A stretch of DNA of 64,000 bases. It comes from an uncultured Clostridia bacterium. Lineage in GTDB: Bacteria > Bacillota > Clostridia > TANB77 > CAG-508. The notes beneath the pieces were generated by a model. That model did not search any database, had not been told where the DNA came from, and worked only from the letters and a program-made list of their open reading frames with translations. The stretch covers positions 34,196 to 98,195 of the forward strand of contig CAKPCF010000003.1 in the NCBI GenBank assembly GCA_934141445.1, given 5' to 3'. Within the stretch, counting starts at the first letter, position 1; the number at the start of each line of letters is the position of its first letter. This document shows, one piece after another, positions 40,428 to 50,706 of the stretch. A program made the translations under genes and the position numbers.

Positions 40428-41384
40428 CTATTTATTAACAGAGATACTCATTGCTAATTTAGCAACTGCATTTGTAAGAGCATCTTCTATTTCTTCATCA
40501 GTAGCTTGTGAGCCATAATATTCTTTTAAGACTCTAACTTGGTTAAATCCAATTGAATATGATGTATCATTATCATCTACAAACTTATCAAATGAAAGTG
40601 ATAATTCTTTTGATTCTCCTGGTTCTAATACAATAGGTGTAGTTTGTGAAGTTAATCTAGTTTCATTAGATAAATTTAAAACTACCTCATCTTCTGCTTT
40701 TTTATCTAATACTGCAATATCGTACTCACTTCTATTAGTAAATACTATATTGTATACTTCTGTACCATAATTTACAGTTTTGTCTTTCACTTCTATTTTT
40801 AAGTATTCATTTTCAGTTGCAATATTCAAATCTTCATGACTGATATAATTTCCGACAGTCATATTAAGAGTACCATCTGAATTTTTGGTAAAAGCCATTT
40901 TTTCTTCTGTATAAGAATATTGACTATTAGTTAATCCTGTTGCCAAAATATCATCAGTATACTTAATATCATAAATATACATATTATCTAAATTAGAATA
41001 ATTTTGTATGAAATATTTTTTAGGTGTATACATTACAACTTTCAAATGTTTTAAGAAATCTGAAAAAGTTGGATAAGCATATTTTTTACAATCTTCTGAA
41101 ATCATTTTATATGCTTTATCAAAATCATTATTATTACAATATGTAACATATTGATCAATCATTTCTTCTATTTTAGATTGATATTTCTCTGGTACTTTAC
41201 TTGTTGAATCCATAACCGAAGTATGTGGTTCATAAGTTGTTTCAATATTTTTAGTTGGTGTATATAATTTTAAGAGTTGATTTACTAAAAATATAACAAG
41301 CCAAACAATTACAACTATATATATAATCTTTTTATGCTTTCTAAAAAAATGTCTAATTTTTAATCTTAAATCTGTAAAATTCAT
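40428..41384 (-). CDS. N-terminally anchored extracytoplasmic protein; possible NTF2-like + Ig-like domains (candidate VirB8-type component)
   Basis: One TM, then YVTYCNNNDFDKAYKMISEDCKKYAYPTFSDF (a pattern seen in SnoaL/NTF2-like lipoprotein domains). The C-terminal beta-sandwich-like segment ends ...LEPGESKELSLSF. Confidence 0.4.
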   Translation of the reverse strand: MNFTDLRLKIRHFFRKHKKIIYIVVIVWLVIFLVNQLLKLYTPTKNIETTYEPHTSVMDSTSKVPEKYQSKIEEMIDQYVTYCNNNDFDKAYKMISEDCKKYAYPTFSDFLKHLKVVMYTPKKYFIQNYSNLDNMYIYDIKYTDDILATGLTNSQYSYTEEKMAFTKNSDGTLNMTVGNYISHEDLNIATENEYLKIEVKDKTVNYGTEVYNIVFTNRSEYDIAVLDKKAEDEVVLNLSNETRLTSQTTPIVLEPGESKELSLSFDKFVDDNDTSYSIGFNQVRVLKEYYGSQATDEEIEDALTNAVAKLAMSISVNK

Positions 41385-41393
41385 TTTATCCTC

Positions 41394-41942
41394 CTATTCT
41401 TCTGTAACATTGAAAGATAAATCAATATCATTTACAGCATTTTCTCTTACAACAAATGTATACTCTTTACCTACATCATCTTTTTTTCCATTTATTAAAT
41501 CTTTTATTGTTACCCATAAAATGTATGTATTTCCATTGCGTTCTATATTATCAAATTCTAGATTTCCCATATTTGGAAATTCTTTTTTTGCATAAGTTTC
41601 AAATTGTCCAGCTGTTGGAAAATAATTTTTTTGGAAATCTTCATATAATAAATTATAAGCTTCTTCATATTTTTTCTTTTCAACAAGATTTATAAAATTT
41701 GAAACATAATATTCCATTCTTCCTCGTTCAGACATATTAAGAAGTTTTTCTTTCATATTATTATTTGAAATTTCATTGTAATTAGCATCTGTTTCAATAA
41801 TATCATTTGCAATTGTTATATTTGCTGTTTTTTTATTATTTGATGTATTTTTTTTAGCATATACCAATATTGTTATTAGTATAACTAATATTACCAATAA
41901 AATTATTATGCTTTTTAATATTTTATTTTTCTCATCTTTCAT
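41394..41942 (-). CDS. N-terminally anchored small extracytoplasmic protein, NTF2-like pattern (candidate VirB8-type component)
   Basis: One TM, then YVSNFINLVEKKKYEEAYNLLYEDFQKNYFPTAGQFETYAKKEFP, paralogous in pattern to the N-terminal domain of the 318-aa neighbour. Confidence 0.4.
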   Translation of the reverse strand: MKDEKNKILKSIIILLVILVILITILVYAKKNTSNNKKTANITIANDIIETDANYNEISNNNMKEKLLNMSERGRMEYYVSNFINLVEKKKYEEAYNLLYEDFQKNYFPTAGQFETYAKKEFPNMGNLEFDNIERNGNTYILWVTIKDLINGKKDDVGKEYTFVVRENAVNDIDLSFNVTEE

Positions 41943-41967
41943 TTGCTAATCACCTTATTTCCTTTAT

Positions 41968-44619
41968 TTATCCATTAAAATGAACACCTTGTTTTGATAT
42001 TGCACCAACTTGAGAATTTAATTCCTGTCTCATAGTATTTATTATATCAGTTTGTGGTTGGCTTGTACTTCCATTATCTCTTGAATTTTCTAATTCTGTT
42101 ATTTTATCATTTAAAGAATTTACAATTTGGTCAACATTGTTCTGTGTTGCATCTTTTATTCTATCCATTTCATTATTTACTTCAGAAATCTTATTGTCAA
42201 GTTCATCTAAGTTTGTATATGTAACTGTTGTAGTTGTCTTTTGAATATCATATTGATGAACTTGTGAGTTTGATGTTTGTTTTGTATCTGCTATTCTGTC
42301 AACCATATCCTCTGGTTCTACATCTGCACTTGAAGCAGTTTTCATTGCATTATATAATTTTGCATTTGCAAATGTTGTCATATATTCTTTCATAGCATCT
42401 TTTATATCACCTAATTCTGATGCAGGCATATTGTTAACAACGTCTCTTCCTAAAACACTTTGCATTGAATTTTCAAATTCTTTGTCAAAATCCATTGTGC
42501 CACCACTTTGAGCCAATTTTATTTGCATATTTGTAGCAATCATTTCTGCCTTTTCTTTGCTTAATCCTTGCATTACACTCTGCATTTCATTTGTAAATTT
42601 ATTTAATTCATTATTGATATTATTTGTATCATATTTTCCATTATCACCCAATTGCTTTACATAAAGCATGTGTTGTAGTTTTTCTTGATTTGTAGTATAT
42701 TCTTGACCGGTTACACTTGTAACACTTTGTAATGAACTAGATGTTTCATTTGACAATTCTCTTTTTGTATGTTTTAAGAACTCATTAGTTGCACCATAAG
42801 CACCCATACCAGTCATAAGTGCAGATAATGCATTACTTGAACTTAAACCATACATTGCAAGACCAGCACTTGCTCCAGCAACTGTAGATATGTATTGTTT
42901 ATCATGTAAATGGGCACTTATACTTCCCTTTGCACCTGATATACCTTTTTTCATTTTTTCTCCGACTAGTTTTCCAACATCTTTACTTAAAACATGTTCT
43001 GCAGAGAATTGTGCACTAGCTTGTTCTTTATATGTATTTTTCTCTTCTTCTGTTAATTGATTCCATTGCTTTCCTTCATTTTGAGCTAATTGTTCAGCTC
43101 TACCTGGATTTCCATTTGAACCTTCTACATAAGCTCTTCTAGCTGCCTCAAATGTTTTCACACTACCACTAACACTTTTATATGCTTTGCTATTTGTTAC
43201 TGTATCAGCAATCTTACTTGGTACTGATGCTACAGCATGTGTTACATTAGAAACTGCTGTTCCACCTTTTACAACTAATCCAGCTGCCTTTCCTAAAGCA
43301 GTGTTTGTACCAGCTACACCTTTTACTTTATTTGCAATACTACTTGTAGCCTTAGAAATCTTGCTAGCAGTTCCACCAAACATATTTCCCATCATCTTGC
43401 CAACACTAGAAGCACTCTTTCCTAATTTACCAGCATTATTAGCTAAAGTTGTAACAGCAGCTGTTGCTGCAACCATATCGGTTAAAGAAGATGCTTTGCC
43501 AAATCCAAAGATTTGTCTGATAATTTTTTCACCATCATTTACGAATTGAATACAAACTATTGCTAAGATACCAGCTGCTAATGTATTTGTTCCAGTAACA
43601 CTTGTAACAAATGTTAAATTTCCAAACATACTATCTAATGAGCTTACTTCTATTAAACTAATTGCAATATTTACAAATGCTAGATACATTATACAATGAA
43701 ATGGTTGTATTAAAATATTATAGCAAAATTCTTTCATCCATGTATTTAATGCCTGTGCTCTTTGGTCACCTATTTTATCTATTGAATATGTAATTGTAAT
43801 TAGTGGTGATATTATAATTAAAAATCCTATTGTAAGCATTCTTTTTAAATACAAGAATAGGAATTTTAGAGTTTGCCATACAATTAAAGCATATACTACC
43901 GTACTTGCAATTCCAGCGAAACCACTAATAGGCGAAACCGAACTTACACCAATCGTAGAAATCCACTGTACAAAATTTCCAACATAATCATCTGCATTTC
44001 CTACTTGTTTTAAAATATCTATCAATACACCATTTATCTTAGTTATAAAAATAATGAAATAATGTAGCAAATATAATAAAGCTAAACTTGATGCCCAATC
44101 AACAAGCATTTTTTTATACATAACTTTATCTTGTGCAACAGTTGATAAAGCCATTCTTATACCTATATAAATCAATATTACTAAAAGGATTACTGTAGCT
44201 ATGATTCTAATTACATAATACCATGTTGCAACTTGTGTTCTAAAATCAAGTATCATACTTGGTACACCAGAATTAAAATTCATAAAATCTATGTCTAATA
44301 ATGGTACTTGATTAAAGAATATTGTAAATGGTGTTACTAATACTCCATCTGAAACGCCACCTAAGCTTACGATACCTGATATTAGTACCTGTGCAGCTGC
44401 ACAGATTGCCACAACACCAACTCTTAATCCCCATGTTGCAAATCCAACAAATGCTCCTAGCAAGTTTGTTAAAAGATTATACATTGTATTAAAAGCATCT
44501 GCTGCAACACTTGTTCCACTAGTAGAACTATCTGTTCCATATACTTGTGTTGTAAAATTGAACAATGTTAAAAATATTAAAAAGCACCCTAAAATCTTAA
44601 AAAGTGATTTTTTCCTCAT
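41968..44619 (-). CDS. VirB6/TrbL-like polytopic membrane protein with long S/T/A/G/K-rich and coiled-coil C-terminal extension (paralogue C)
   Basis: Signal peptide and multiple TM helices. Shares the core motif VATWYYVIRIIATVILLVILIYIGIRMALSTVAQDKVMYKKMLVDW with the 422-aa and 1328-aa proteins. Start placed at ATG 44617-44619 (the track uses an upstream TTG, 44631). Confidence 0.5.
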   Translation of the reverse strand: MRKKSLFKILGCFLIFLTLFNFTTQVYGTDSSTSGTSVAADAFNTMYNLLTNLLGAFVGFATWGLRVGVVAICAAAQVLISGIVSLGGVSDGVLVTPFTIFFNQVPLLDIDFMNFNSGVPSMILDFRTQVATWYYVIRIIATVILLVILIYIGIRMALSTVAQDKVMYKKMLVDWASSLALLYLLHYFIIFITKINGVLIDILKQVGNADDYVGNFVQWISTIGVSSVSPISGFAGIASTVVYALIVWQTLKFLFLYLKRMLTIGFLIIISPLITITYSIDKIGDQRAQALNTWMKEFCYNILIQPFHCIMYLAFVNIAISLIEVSSLDSMFGNLTFVTSVTGTNTLAAGILAIVCIQFVNDGEKIIRQIFGFGKASSLTDMVAATAAVTTLANNAGKLGKSASSVGKMMGNMFGGTASKISKATSSIANKVKGVAGTNTALGKAAGLVVKGGTAVSNVTHAVASVPSKIADTVTNSKAYKSVSGSVKTFEAARRAYVEGSNGNPGRAEQLAQNEGKQWNQLTEEEKNTYKEQASAQFSAEHVLSKDVGKLVGEKMKKGISGAKGSISAHLHDKQYISTVAGASAGLAMYGLSSSNALSALMTGMGAYGATNEFLKHTKRELSNETSSSLQSVTSVTGQEYTTNQEKLQHMLYVKQLGDNGKYDTNNINNELNKFTNEMQSVMQGLSKEKAEMIATNMQIKLAQSGGTMDFDKEFENSMQSVLGRDVVNNMPASELGDIKDAMKEYMTTFANAKLYNAMKTASSADVEPEDMVDRIADTKQTSNSQVHQYDIQKTTTTVTYTNLDELDNKISEVNNEMDRIKDATQNNVDQIVNSLNDKITELENSRDNGSTSQPQTDIINTMRQELNSQVGAISKQGVHFNG

Positions 44620-44641
44620 AACTACCACCAATCTCTCCTAT

Positions 44642-47600
44642 CTATTTTCTTCCTTTTCCAATTTCTTCTATCAATGCTGATATATCTGTCATTGGTCGTT
44701 CTAATCCTGAATTTAATTCTTTACTTTTAATTGTACCATTCTTTCTTCTTTGTGTCACTATTTTTGGTGAATTTTGTCCATTTGTATTTGCTATACCTTG
44801 ATTTGCTCCACTTGCTGTTCTTCTTTGTGCACCATTTCCATTTTGTGCTCCATTTGGAGTAAATAAATTATCTCTTACTGATGTATCTTGTTCACCAACC
44901 CTACTTTCTGGATTATCAGTATCGCCTCTATATTCTCCAAACATTGAATTACCTTTTATCCTATTTAATGAATTAACAACATCTTCCGTATTACGTGGAT
45001 CAAATTCAAGATGTTTAGCTTGTTTTCCTTTTCCCTTAATTTTAGCTGCTCTTAAATTGCTCTTTTCAATTTCAGTTGTTAAGTATGCAAATTCTTGTAC
45101 AGGTTCTGAAACAGTTGAAATTAGTTCCTCTCTTCTTTCTTCGTCTTTTTCTGCTATTACTGCTGCTAACATATCCGCCATATCTTGATGTCTTTTTTCT
45201 TCTATCAATCTTTTCATTTTTTCTGATGTGGCATCGGCAGTATTACTACTTACACCAGTACTATTTAATCTAGTAAAAGCTTGATTTCTTGCTTGTACAG
45301 CAGTATTTACAGTTTCTTCAATACTCTTTCCACCTAATACTGGGCGTGCAACTTTTCTTGTATCATCTGATGGATTAACTTGTCCAAACATTGGTGTATT
45401 ATCTAATTTATTTTTTGGAGTTCCACCAGAATTAGAAATTCTTTTCTTTTTCTCTGATAGATTATCCAAAACAGATGTAGTCTTATTAGGTACAGCTTTT
45501 ACCCAATTTTCTAGTTTTTGTGTTGCTCTTTCTTGTACATCATTAACATTCAAATCTCCAGCTGTTTTTATATCATTTTCATCAATTATTTCTTGGAAAG
45601 ATTGTGTTGTAAATTCTTTTACAACCATATCAGCTTTTACTTTTTCAACTCTAGTTTTTAAAGCTTTTACAAGTTCTTGTTTTTCTTCTTTAGTTGCATC
45701 TTTACCTAAAACAATACTTTGTAATTGTTTTTCAATAGCTTCTTCACTTGTATCATTAGTTGTAAAATCAGAAATTGCTTTTTTACTATTAGCTGCTGCC
45801 TCTACAACAGCTTGTTCAATCATTTTATCTGTTACTAAAATAGTTTTATTATTTACATTTACCACTGTAGCTGTTGCATGTTCATCATTACCATCTGATA
45901 CTTGTTTTCTATCTTCATTTGAAAAAGCATTTATTATTTCTTCAGCTGATGCATAATTTTGTGCACTGATTCGAGAACCATTTATTTCACCTATTACATT
46001 TGGATTTTGAATCTTCAATTTCATAAGTTGATTTGCAAATTGCTCTAAAGTCATATTAGCTGCTGCAACTACAACTGGTTCATCAATTTCATCAGTTGTT
46101 TTCTTTTCTTCAAGAGCTTTTGTCATATCTTTTACATCTTGTTCTTTATCAGTTGTTGGAACATACAATCCATTAACTTCAACTGCATTTCCAGTTTCAG
46201 CTACTGCTTCTCTATGAATCTTGTCTTTATCATCTTCAACTTTACAATACTCAACAACTCCAGATTTAATTGCATTTTTCAAAGCAACTCCAAGTACACG
46301 TTCTTCTAATCTATATGTTGCATCATTTATCTCTGAACTTGTATTTAATAGTTTTTCTCTTTGTGTATAACCATAACCGCCACTTCTTGTATATCTATAA
46401 CCTTCTGGTTTATTCTTTCTTGTTTGTGCTCCTCTTATTAAACTTGCACCAAAAATATTTCCAGTTGCTATTACAGAGCCTTTTGCAAGAGCTTTTACAA
46501 ACTTTTGATGTTTTGTTGATATTTCTTTTACTATATATTCATCTTTAGCAGACTCTACTTGTACACGAATTTGTCTTGTAACATTTTGTACATCTTCATT
46601 AGTAAATCCAGCATCATTTTCTATACCACTGCTTGGCATATATTCTGCTTTTCCACTCTTCTTGATATAGTCATAAGTTTTAGATATTGAAGCAAGTGAG
46701 CCAAACATTGTTGAAAAACCAATAACTGGATTTTCTACAGTTGTTGGTATAGATGTTACCATTCCCAAAAATCCTGTTAACAAGTTTTGAATTGCATTTA
46801 CTTCATTTCCTATTATCTCTTTATCAGTATCATTCATTCCAGTTAAAGCTTTTAAATTAACATTATCAGCAATTCTTTTCTTTAAGCTATCTTCTGTTAA
46901 TTCATCTCCTGAAAACAAACTTTCAGCAAATGATAATTTCTTTCTTTCTACATATTTAACTTTACCATTCTCATCTGTAACATATCTGCCTTTATATTTA
47001 GTTCTAAATCCTACATATTTTCCTTTTTCTTCATCATATTCAACATATTTCCTTGGGTCAAATACTTCTTTAATTTTTTGATTCATTGCAAAAGTTCTAG
47101 CAAATTTAGTTTTAGAAAATTTATCATTTAATTGTTTTAATTTTTCTTCTTCTATTTTTTGAGTATCTTGTGCATCTTTCTTTTCTGTTTCAAGAACTTT
47201 AATTTCATCTTCTGAATCTTCATTCTCTTGTTCTAGTTTAGCTATTTCAGCTTCAGCTGCATCTATATCTTTTTCTAATCCTTTAAGAATTTTTTCTTTT
47301 TTCTTTTTTATTTTAGCCTTATTTTCTCTAATTTTTTTCTTATTATTTTGTATTTTCTTATCTTTTGCGTCTACAGCTTCTCTTGCCTTATTTACATTCA
47401 TTCCTTGGTCTACAATTTCTTTTACATCTTCATTATTTTCAAAAGATTGGTATTCTTCTTCTGTAAAAGCTGTTTCATTTCCAGCAATATCTTTGTGCAT
47501 TTCTTCATTTTTTGGATTATTCTCCATGCTATTCATTCTCCATGCCATAACTCCACCAAAAGCTTTTCTAGCTGGATTATAAAATAACTTTTCTCTCTCC

Positions 47601-48628
47601 CAATTAGCAATATTTCTTATTGCTTTTCCACCAATGTATGCAGTTGTTAAGCTCTTGAAATTATTCATTAACTCTCTACCAACATTTCTGTCTGCAATAT
47701 CATCTACTAAGCTTCCACTTCCACCAAATGCAAATATCTTTCTGAAGATTTTATCTGCATTACTCATAAAGCTTAATAACATAAACGCAAGTAACATACC
47801 TGAAATTGAGTTTAAAGATAATTGTAAAGCATTCATTACAAATGTTACATAAATAATAGCATGTACAGATTGAAGAATAACATTTAAAAAGTATTCTTTA
47901 ATCCATGTTGAAAATATTTTTGTTTTTCCTGATAAAACTTTGTTTAAAGCATAAGAAACAGCAACAGCTGGTGCCATTAAAGTTAGTACAGCCACTGTTA
48001 AATATCTCTTAAAATATATAAATACAAATTTGTAAGAATAATATACTAAATATGCATACATAACAAGACCAGATGTACCATTTACAAGTTTTGGATCATA
48101 GGCTCTTGTTCTAATCGTATCATAAATACTTACTTCTATATCTTCATCTGTCTTTTGAGTATTATCTCGATTATCAGATGTTGTTAATGAACCATACTCA
48201 GATGGTTTAGCATTATATACTGCAGCTGCTGTATCTTGAACCATTTCTACTAGTAATTCGTTCATATCTATAATAAATAACATTATATAATGTATACCAA
48301 AAACTAATACCATACCTGCAGCCCAATCCATAAGCAATCTTTTATAATATGCTTTATCAGATGCTACTGATGATATTGCTAACTTAATACCAATAAAAAT
48401 CAGTACCAATAACATAATTACTATTGATACTACTCTTATAATATAATACCATGTTGCAATTGCTTCTTTTAAAATAAGTACTGTATTTATTCCTTCACTT
48501 TCTGTTGAAGATGCTCCACCTTCACTTGCTTGCATTGGCTCAGCAAAAGAAAAAGTAGGTAAAATAACAATAATTGCAAAAACTACTATTATAAATAAAA
48601 TTATATTTTTTTTACTACTTCTCATCAT
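44642..48628 (-). CDS. VirB6/TrbL-like polytopic membrane protein with about 1000-aa K/E-rich coiled-coil extension (paralogue B)
   Basis: Signal peptide, core motif IATWYYIIRVVSIVIMLLVLIFIGIKLAISSVASDKAYYKRLLMDW and about 6 TM helices. These are followed by a long hydrophilic region with KKIQNNKKKIRENKAKIKKKKEKILKGLEKDIDAAEAEIAKLEQENE. Confidence 0.5.
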   Translation of the reverse strand: MMRSSKKNIILFIIVVFAIIVILPTFSFAEPMQASEGGASSTESEGINTVLILKEAIATWYYIIRVVSIVIMLLVLIFIGIKLAISSVASDKAYYKRLLMDWAAGMVLVFGIHYIMLFIIDMNELLVEMVQDTAAAVYNAKPSEYGSLTTSDNRDNTQKTDEDIEVSIYDTIRTRAYDPKLVNGTSGLVMYAYLVYYSYKFVFIYFKRYLTVAVLTLMAPAVAVSYALNKVLSGKTKIFSTWIKEYFLNVILQSVHAIIYVTFVMNALQLSLNSISGMLLAFMLLSFMSNADKIFRKIFAFGGSGSLVDDIADRNVGRELMNNFKSLTTAYIGGKAIRNIANWEREKLFYNPARKAFGGVMAWRMNSMENNPKNEEMHKDIAGNETAFTEEEYQSFENNEDVKEIVDQGMNVNKAREAVDAKDKKIQNNKKKIRENKAKIKKKKEKILKGLEKDIDAAEAEIAKLEQENEDSEDEIKVLETEKKDAQDTQKIEEEKLKQLNDKFSKTKFARTFAMNQKIKEVFDPRKYVEYDEEKGKYVGFRTKYKGRYVTDENGKVKYVERKKLSFAESLFSGDELTEDSLKKRIADNVNLKALTGMNDTDKEIIGNEVNAIQNLLTGFLGMVTSIPTTVENPVIGFSTMFGSLASISKTYDYIKKSGKAEYMPSSGIENDAGFTNEDVQNVTRQIRVQVESAKDEYIVKEISTKHQKFVKALAKGSVIATGNIFGASLIRGAQTRKNKPEGYRYTRSGGYGYTQREKLLNTSSEINDATYRLEERVLGVALKNAIKSGVVEYCKVEDDKDKIHREAVAETGNAVEVNGLYVPTTDKEQDVKDMTKALEEKKTTDEIDEPVVVAAANMTLEQFANQLMKLKIQNPNVIGEINGSRISAQNYASAEEIINAFSNEDRKQVSDGNDEHATATVVNVNNKTILVTDKMIEQAVVEAAANSKKAISDFTTNDTSEEAIEKQLQSIVLGKDATKEEKQELVKALKTRVEKVKADMVVKEFTTQSFQEIIDENDIKTAGDLNVNDVQERATQKLENWVKAVPNKTTSVLDNLSEKKKRISNSGGTPKNKLDNTPMFGQVNPSDDTRKVARPVLGGKSIEETVNTAVQARNQAFTRLNSTGVSSNTADATSEKMKRLIEEKRHQDMADMLAAVIAEKDEERREELISTVSEPVQEFAYLTTEIEKSNLRAAKIKGKGKQAKHLEFDPRNTEDVVNSLNRIKGNSMFGEYRGDTDNPESRVGEQDTSVRDNLFTPNGAQNGNGAQRRTASGANQGIANTNGQNSPKIVTQRRKNGTIKSKELNSGLERPMTDISALIEEIGKGRK

Positions 48629-48648
48629 TCTACCTCTCTTTCTTAAAA

Positions 48649-49122
48649 TTACTCTGCATCAGATTCTTCATTATTTGTTGTATCTGAAAAATTAAATATA
48701 TTAACATCAAAAATAGGAATTTTATTAAAAACTATTTTTTCAATTGTTACTCTATTATCAACATCTGTTATACTTTGAAATACATCAAAAGCTAAAAGTT
48801 TATCACTTGTTGCCATATCTGTTTTACAAATTGCATCAATTGTTCTAACCAAAACCCATTCAAATAACTCAATCCAACCTACAAACACAGCTCTAATGCC
48901 CATTGTCATAATTCCTAAAATCCAGTCTGCAATTCCTGCTAAAATATCTACTATTGTCTTTCCTCCTTTAGCTGAAACTGAATATGAAGAAGTTGATGTA
49001 CCTTTATAATAAAAATCATCAATCTTTCCAGCTGCATAAGTAGGAGCTGTGGCAAGGAATGTTGAAAATGTTGTTACAATTATTGCAATTACTAAAATTT
49101 TTACTAATATTGTTTTTTTCAT
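48649..49122 (-). CDS. small secreted/2-TM protein equivalent to the N-terminal module of the VirB6-like paralogues
   Basis: Signal peptide, hydrophobic hairpin, then IVFNKIPIFDVNIFNFSD. This matches TVFNEIGLFNIDYFDFSD (422-aa protein) and FFNQVPLLDIDFMNFNSG (887-aa protein). Confidence 0.5.
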   Translation of the reverse strand: MKKTILVKILVIAIIVTTFSTFLATAPTYAAGKIDDFYYKGTSTSSYSVSAKGGKTIVDILAGIADWILGIMTMGIRAVFVGWIELFEWVLVRTIDAICKTDMATSDKLLAFDVFQSITDVDNRVTIEKIVFNKIPIFDVNIFNFSDTTNNEESDAE

Positions 49123-49150
49123 AATTTACTCCTTTCCACTTAATCTTTAA

Positions 49151-50695
49151 TTAAAAATTTATTTGAATTTCTTTATTATCATATTTTAATAAATTATTAT
49201 AACAGCTTTCAATTTTAAATTCTTGTTCACCTGTTAAAATCTTTCCTCTTTTATCTGCCTGTAAATCATAATAATATATGCCTTTTTTATTTATACTATA
49301 TATAAAAATGCTATCACTAAGCCATGTAAAAGTATCTATTGCTTCATTTATTTCTCTATTTGGTCTTGTATCGTCTTTTGAAACAAAATACATTGTTTCT
49401 ATTATATTGTTTTCATCTTTATCTGCATAAAATCCATATAAACTGCTATATAAAGTATTACTTTCAGTTTTATTTTCATCTATAAATTTATTACAATTTG
49501 CTAACAAGCTATTTGCTTTTGATACTCTTGCAACTTCATCTTCAAATACATTATCTACTTGCATTTGTGCTAAACATTCTGGCATATCCAAGCATTTAGA
49601 TGATTGAAAACTTGTCATTTTCACATTATTATATAGAATAATTGCATTAGTATTTTCGTAATTGCATTTTACAGAAATTCCTTGTAGTGGATATGTTATA
49701 TAGAAACTATTCTCCTTAACTATATATTCACTATAATCGCTCCATAAATATGTAAGCTTGTTCATAAATTGATATATATCTGTATCTCCATTTGAAAATT
49801 CTTCTACTAAATTTATAAATTCTTCATACTCAACATTATCAATTCTATAGATTGAAATTTCATCTTTAGTAACAAATATATAAAAATCTTTTCCTTTATA
49901 ACCATAAACACCATTTTCCGTATCTTCAAAAGCTGGTGTTCCCAGTTTTGTTTTTGCAACATCAAAAGCCTCTCTTACCATTATACCACTAATTACAGGA
50001 TTTGTGTAGTTCTTCGTAAAAACAATATTGTATATTTTTTGATCTAGTTTTCTTATTTTTAATCCTTTTTCTGTATATTGTTCATATTTTTGAAAAATGC
50101 TATCATAATTTCCTATATTCAAATTAAAATATGACCAATTATTATCTAGTAAATTTCTTAGCTCTTCAGCATTGACTTCAAATATAGTTTCTTCAATTGC
50201 CTTATAATCTTTTAAACTAATTTGTGACTTAATATAAGTAAAATAATCTTCAATTCCATTTATATAAAATTTGCTGATACTATTGTTAGCACAAATAACA
50301 CTAACTGTTATATTATTTTTTTCATCTATAATTCTAAAATTTTGAAAATTTAAGACACTTGCAGAAAATTGTATAAGTCTTGTATAAAATAATTCATTTA
50401 TATTATCATCATCTTCATAAGGTATCTCTGAAAGAGTTGCATAAATATCTACACTATAATCTTTTTCAATACTTTTTTCTTGTTTTATAAAAGTACAATT
50501 ATAATATTTTAATACATCTTCTATTGTTTTAAATGAATTTATATCTATTTCATTTAATTCAGTATTATCCGAAAAATCAATATTTGAAATTGCATAATAA
50601 GTAACAGCTAATGATATTACTACACAAAATAATATTATTAGCATTTTTTTATCATTATTTTGATTATTATACTTTCCTTTTTTCGAATTAAACAC
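49151..50695 (-). CDS. N-terminally anchored extracytoplasmic protein, paralogue of 50707-51930
   Basis: One TM. Shares blocks with its neighbour (DVLKYYNCTFIKQEKS / LLEDYGCVFIKEVKS; GYKGKDFYIFVTKDEISIYR / GYRTKDLYVFVYEDEISAYG). Confidence 0.5.
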   Translation of the reverse strand: MFNSKKGKYNNQNNDKKMLIILFCVVISLAVTYYAISNIDFSDNTELNEIDINSFKTIEDVLKYYNCTFIKQEKSIEKDYSVDIYATLSEIPYEDDDNINELFYTRLIQFSASVLNFQNFRIIDEKNNITVSVICANNSISKFYINGIEDYFTYIKSQISLKDYKAIEETIFEVNAEELRNLLDNNWSYFNLNIGNYDSIFQKYEQYTEKGLKIRKLDQKIYNIVFTKNYTNPVISGIMVREAFDVAKTKLGTPAFEDTENGVYGYKGKDFYIFVTKDEISIYRIDNVEYEEFINLVEEFSNGDTDIYQFMNKLTYLWSDYSEYIVKENSFYITYPLQGISVKCNYENTNAIILYNNVKMTSFQSSKCLDMPECLAQMQVDNVFEDEVARVSKANSLLANCNKFIDENKTESNTLYSSLYGFYADKDENNIIETMYFVSKDDTRPNREINEAIDTFTWLSDSIFIYSINKKGIYYYDLQADKRGKILTGEQEFKIESCYNNLLKYDNKEIQINF

Positions 50696-50706
50696 TAAAT
50701 TACTCC

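Noticed and set aside
43187-43549. Plus-strand ORFs lying antisense inside long minus-strand genes. Examples: 46-270, 2095-2331, 4733-5074, 7729-7998, 12162-12476, 43187-43549, 57967-58341, 60784-61071 and 61064-61336.
   Set aside because: They are fully embedded in well-supported genes on the other strand, have no RBS, and have I/L/F/S-rich shadow-frame composition. They are treated as artefacts of AT-rich or locally stop-poor sequence.
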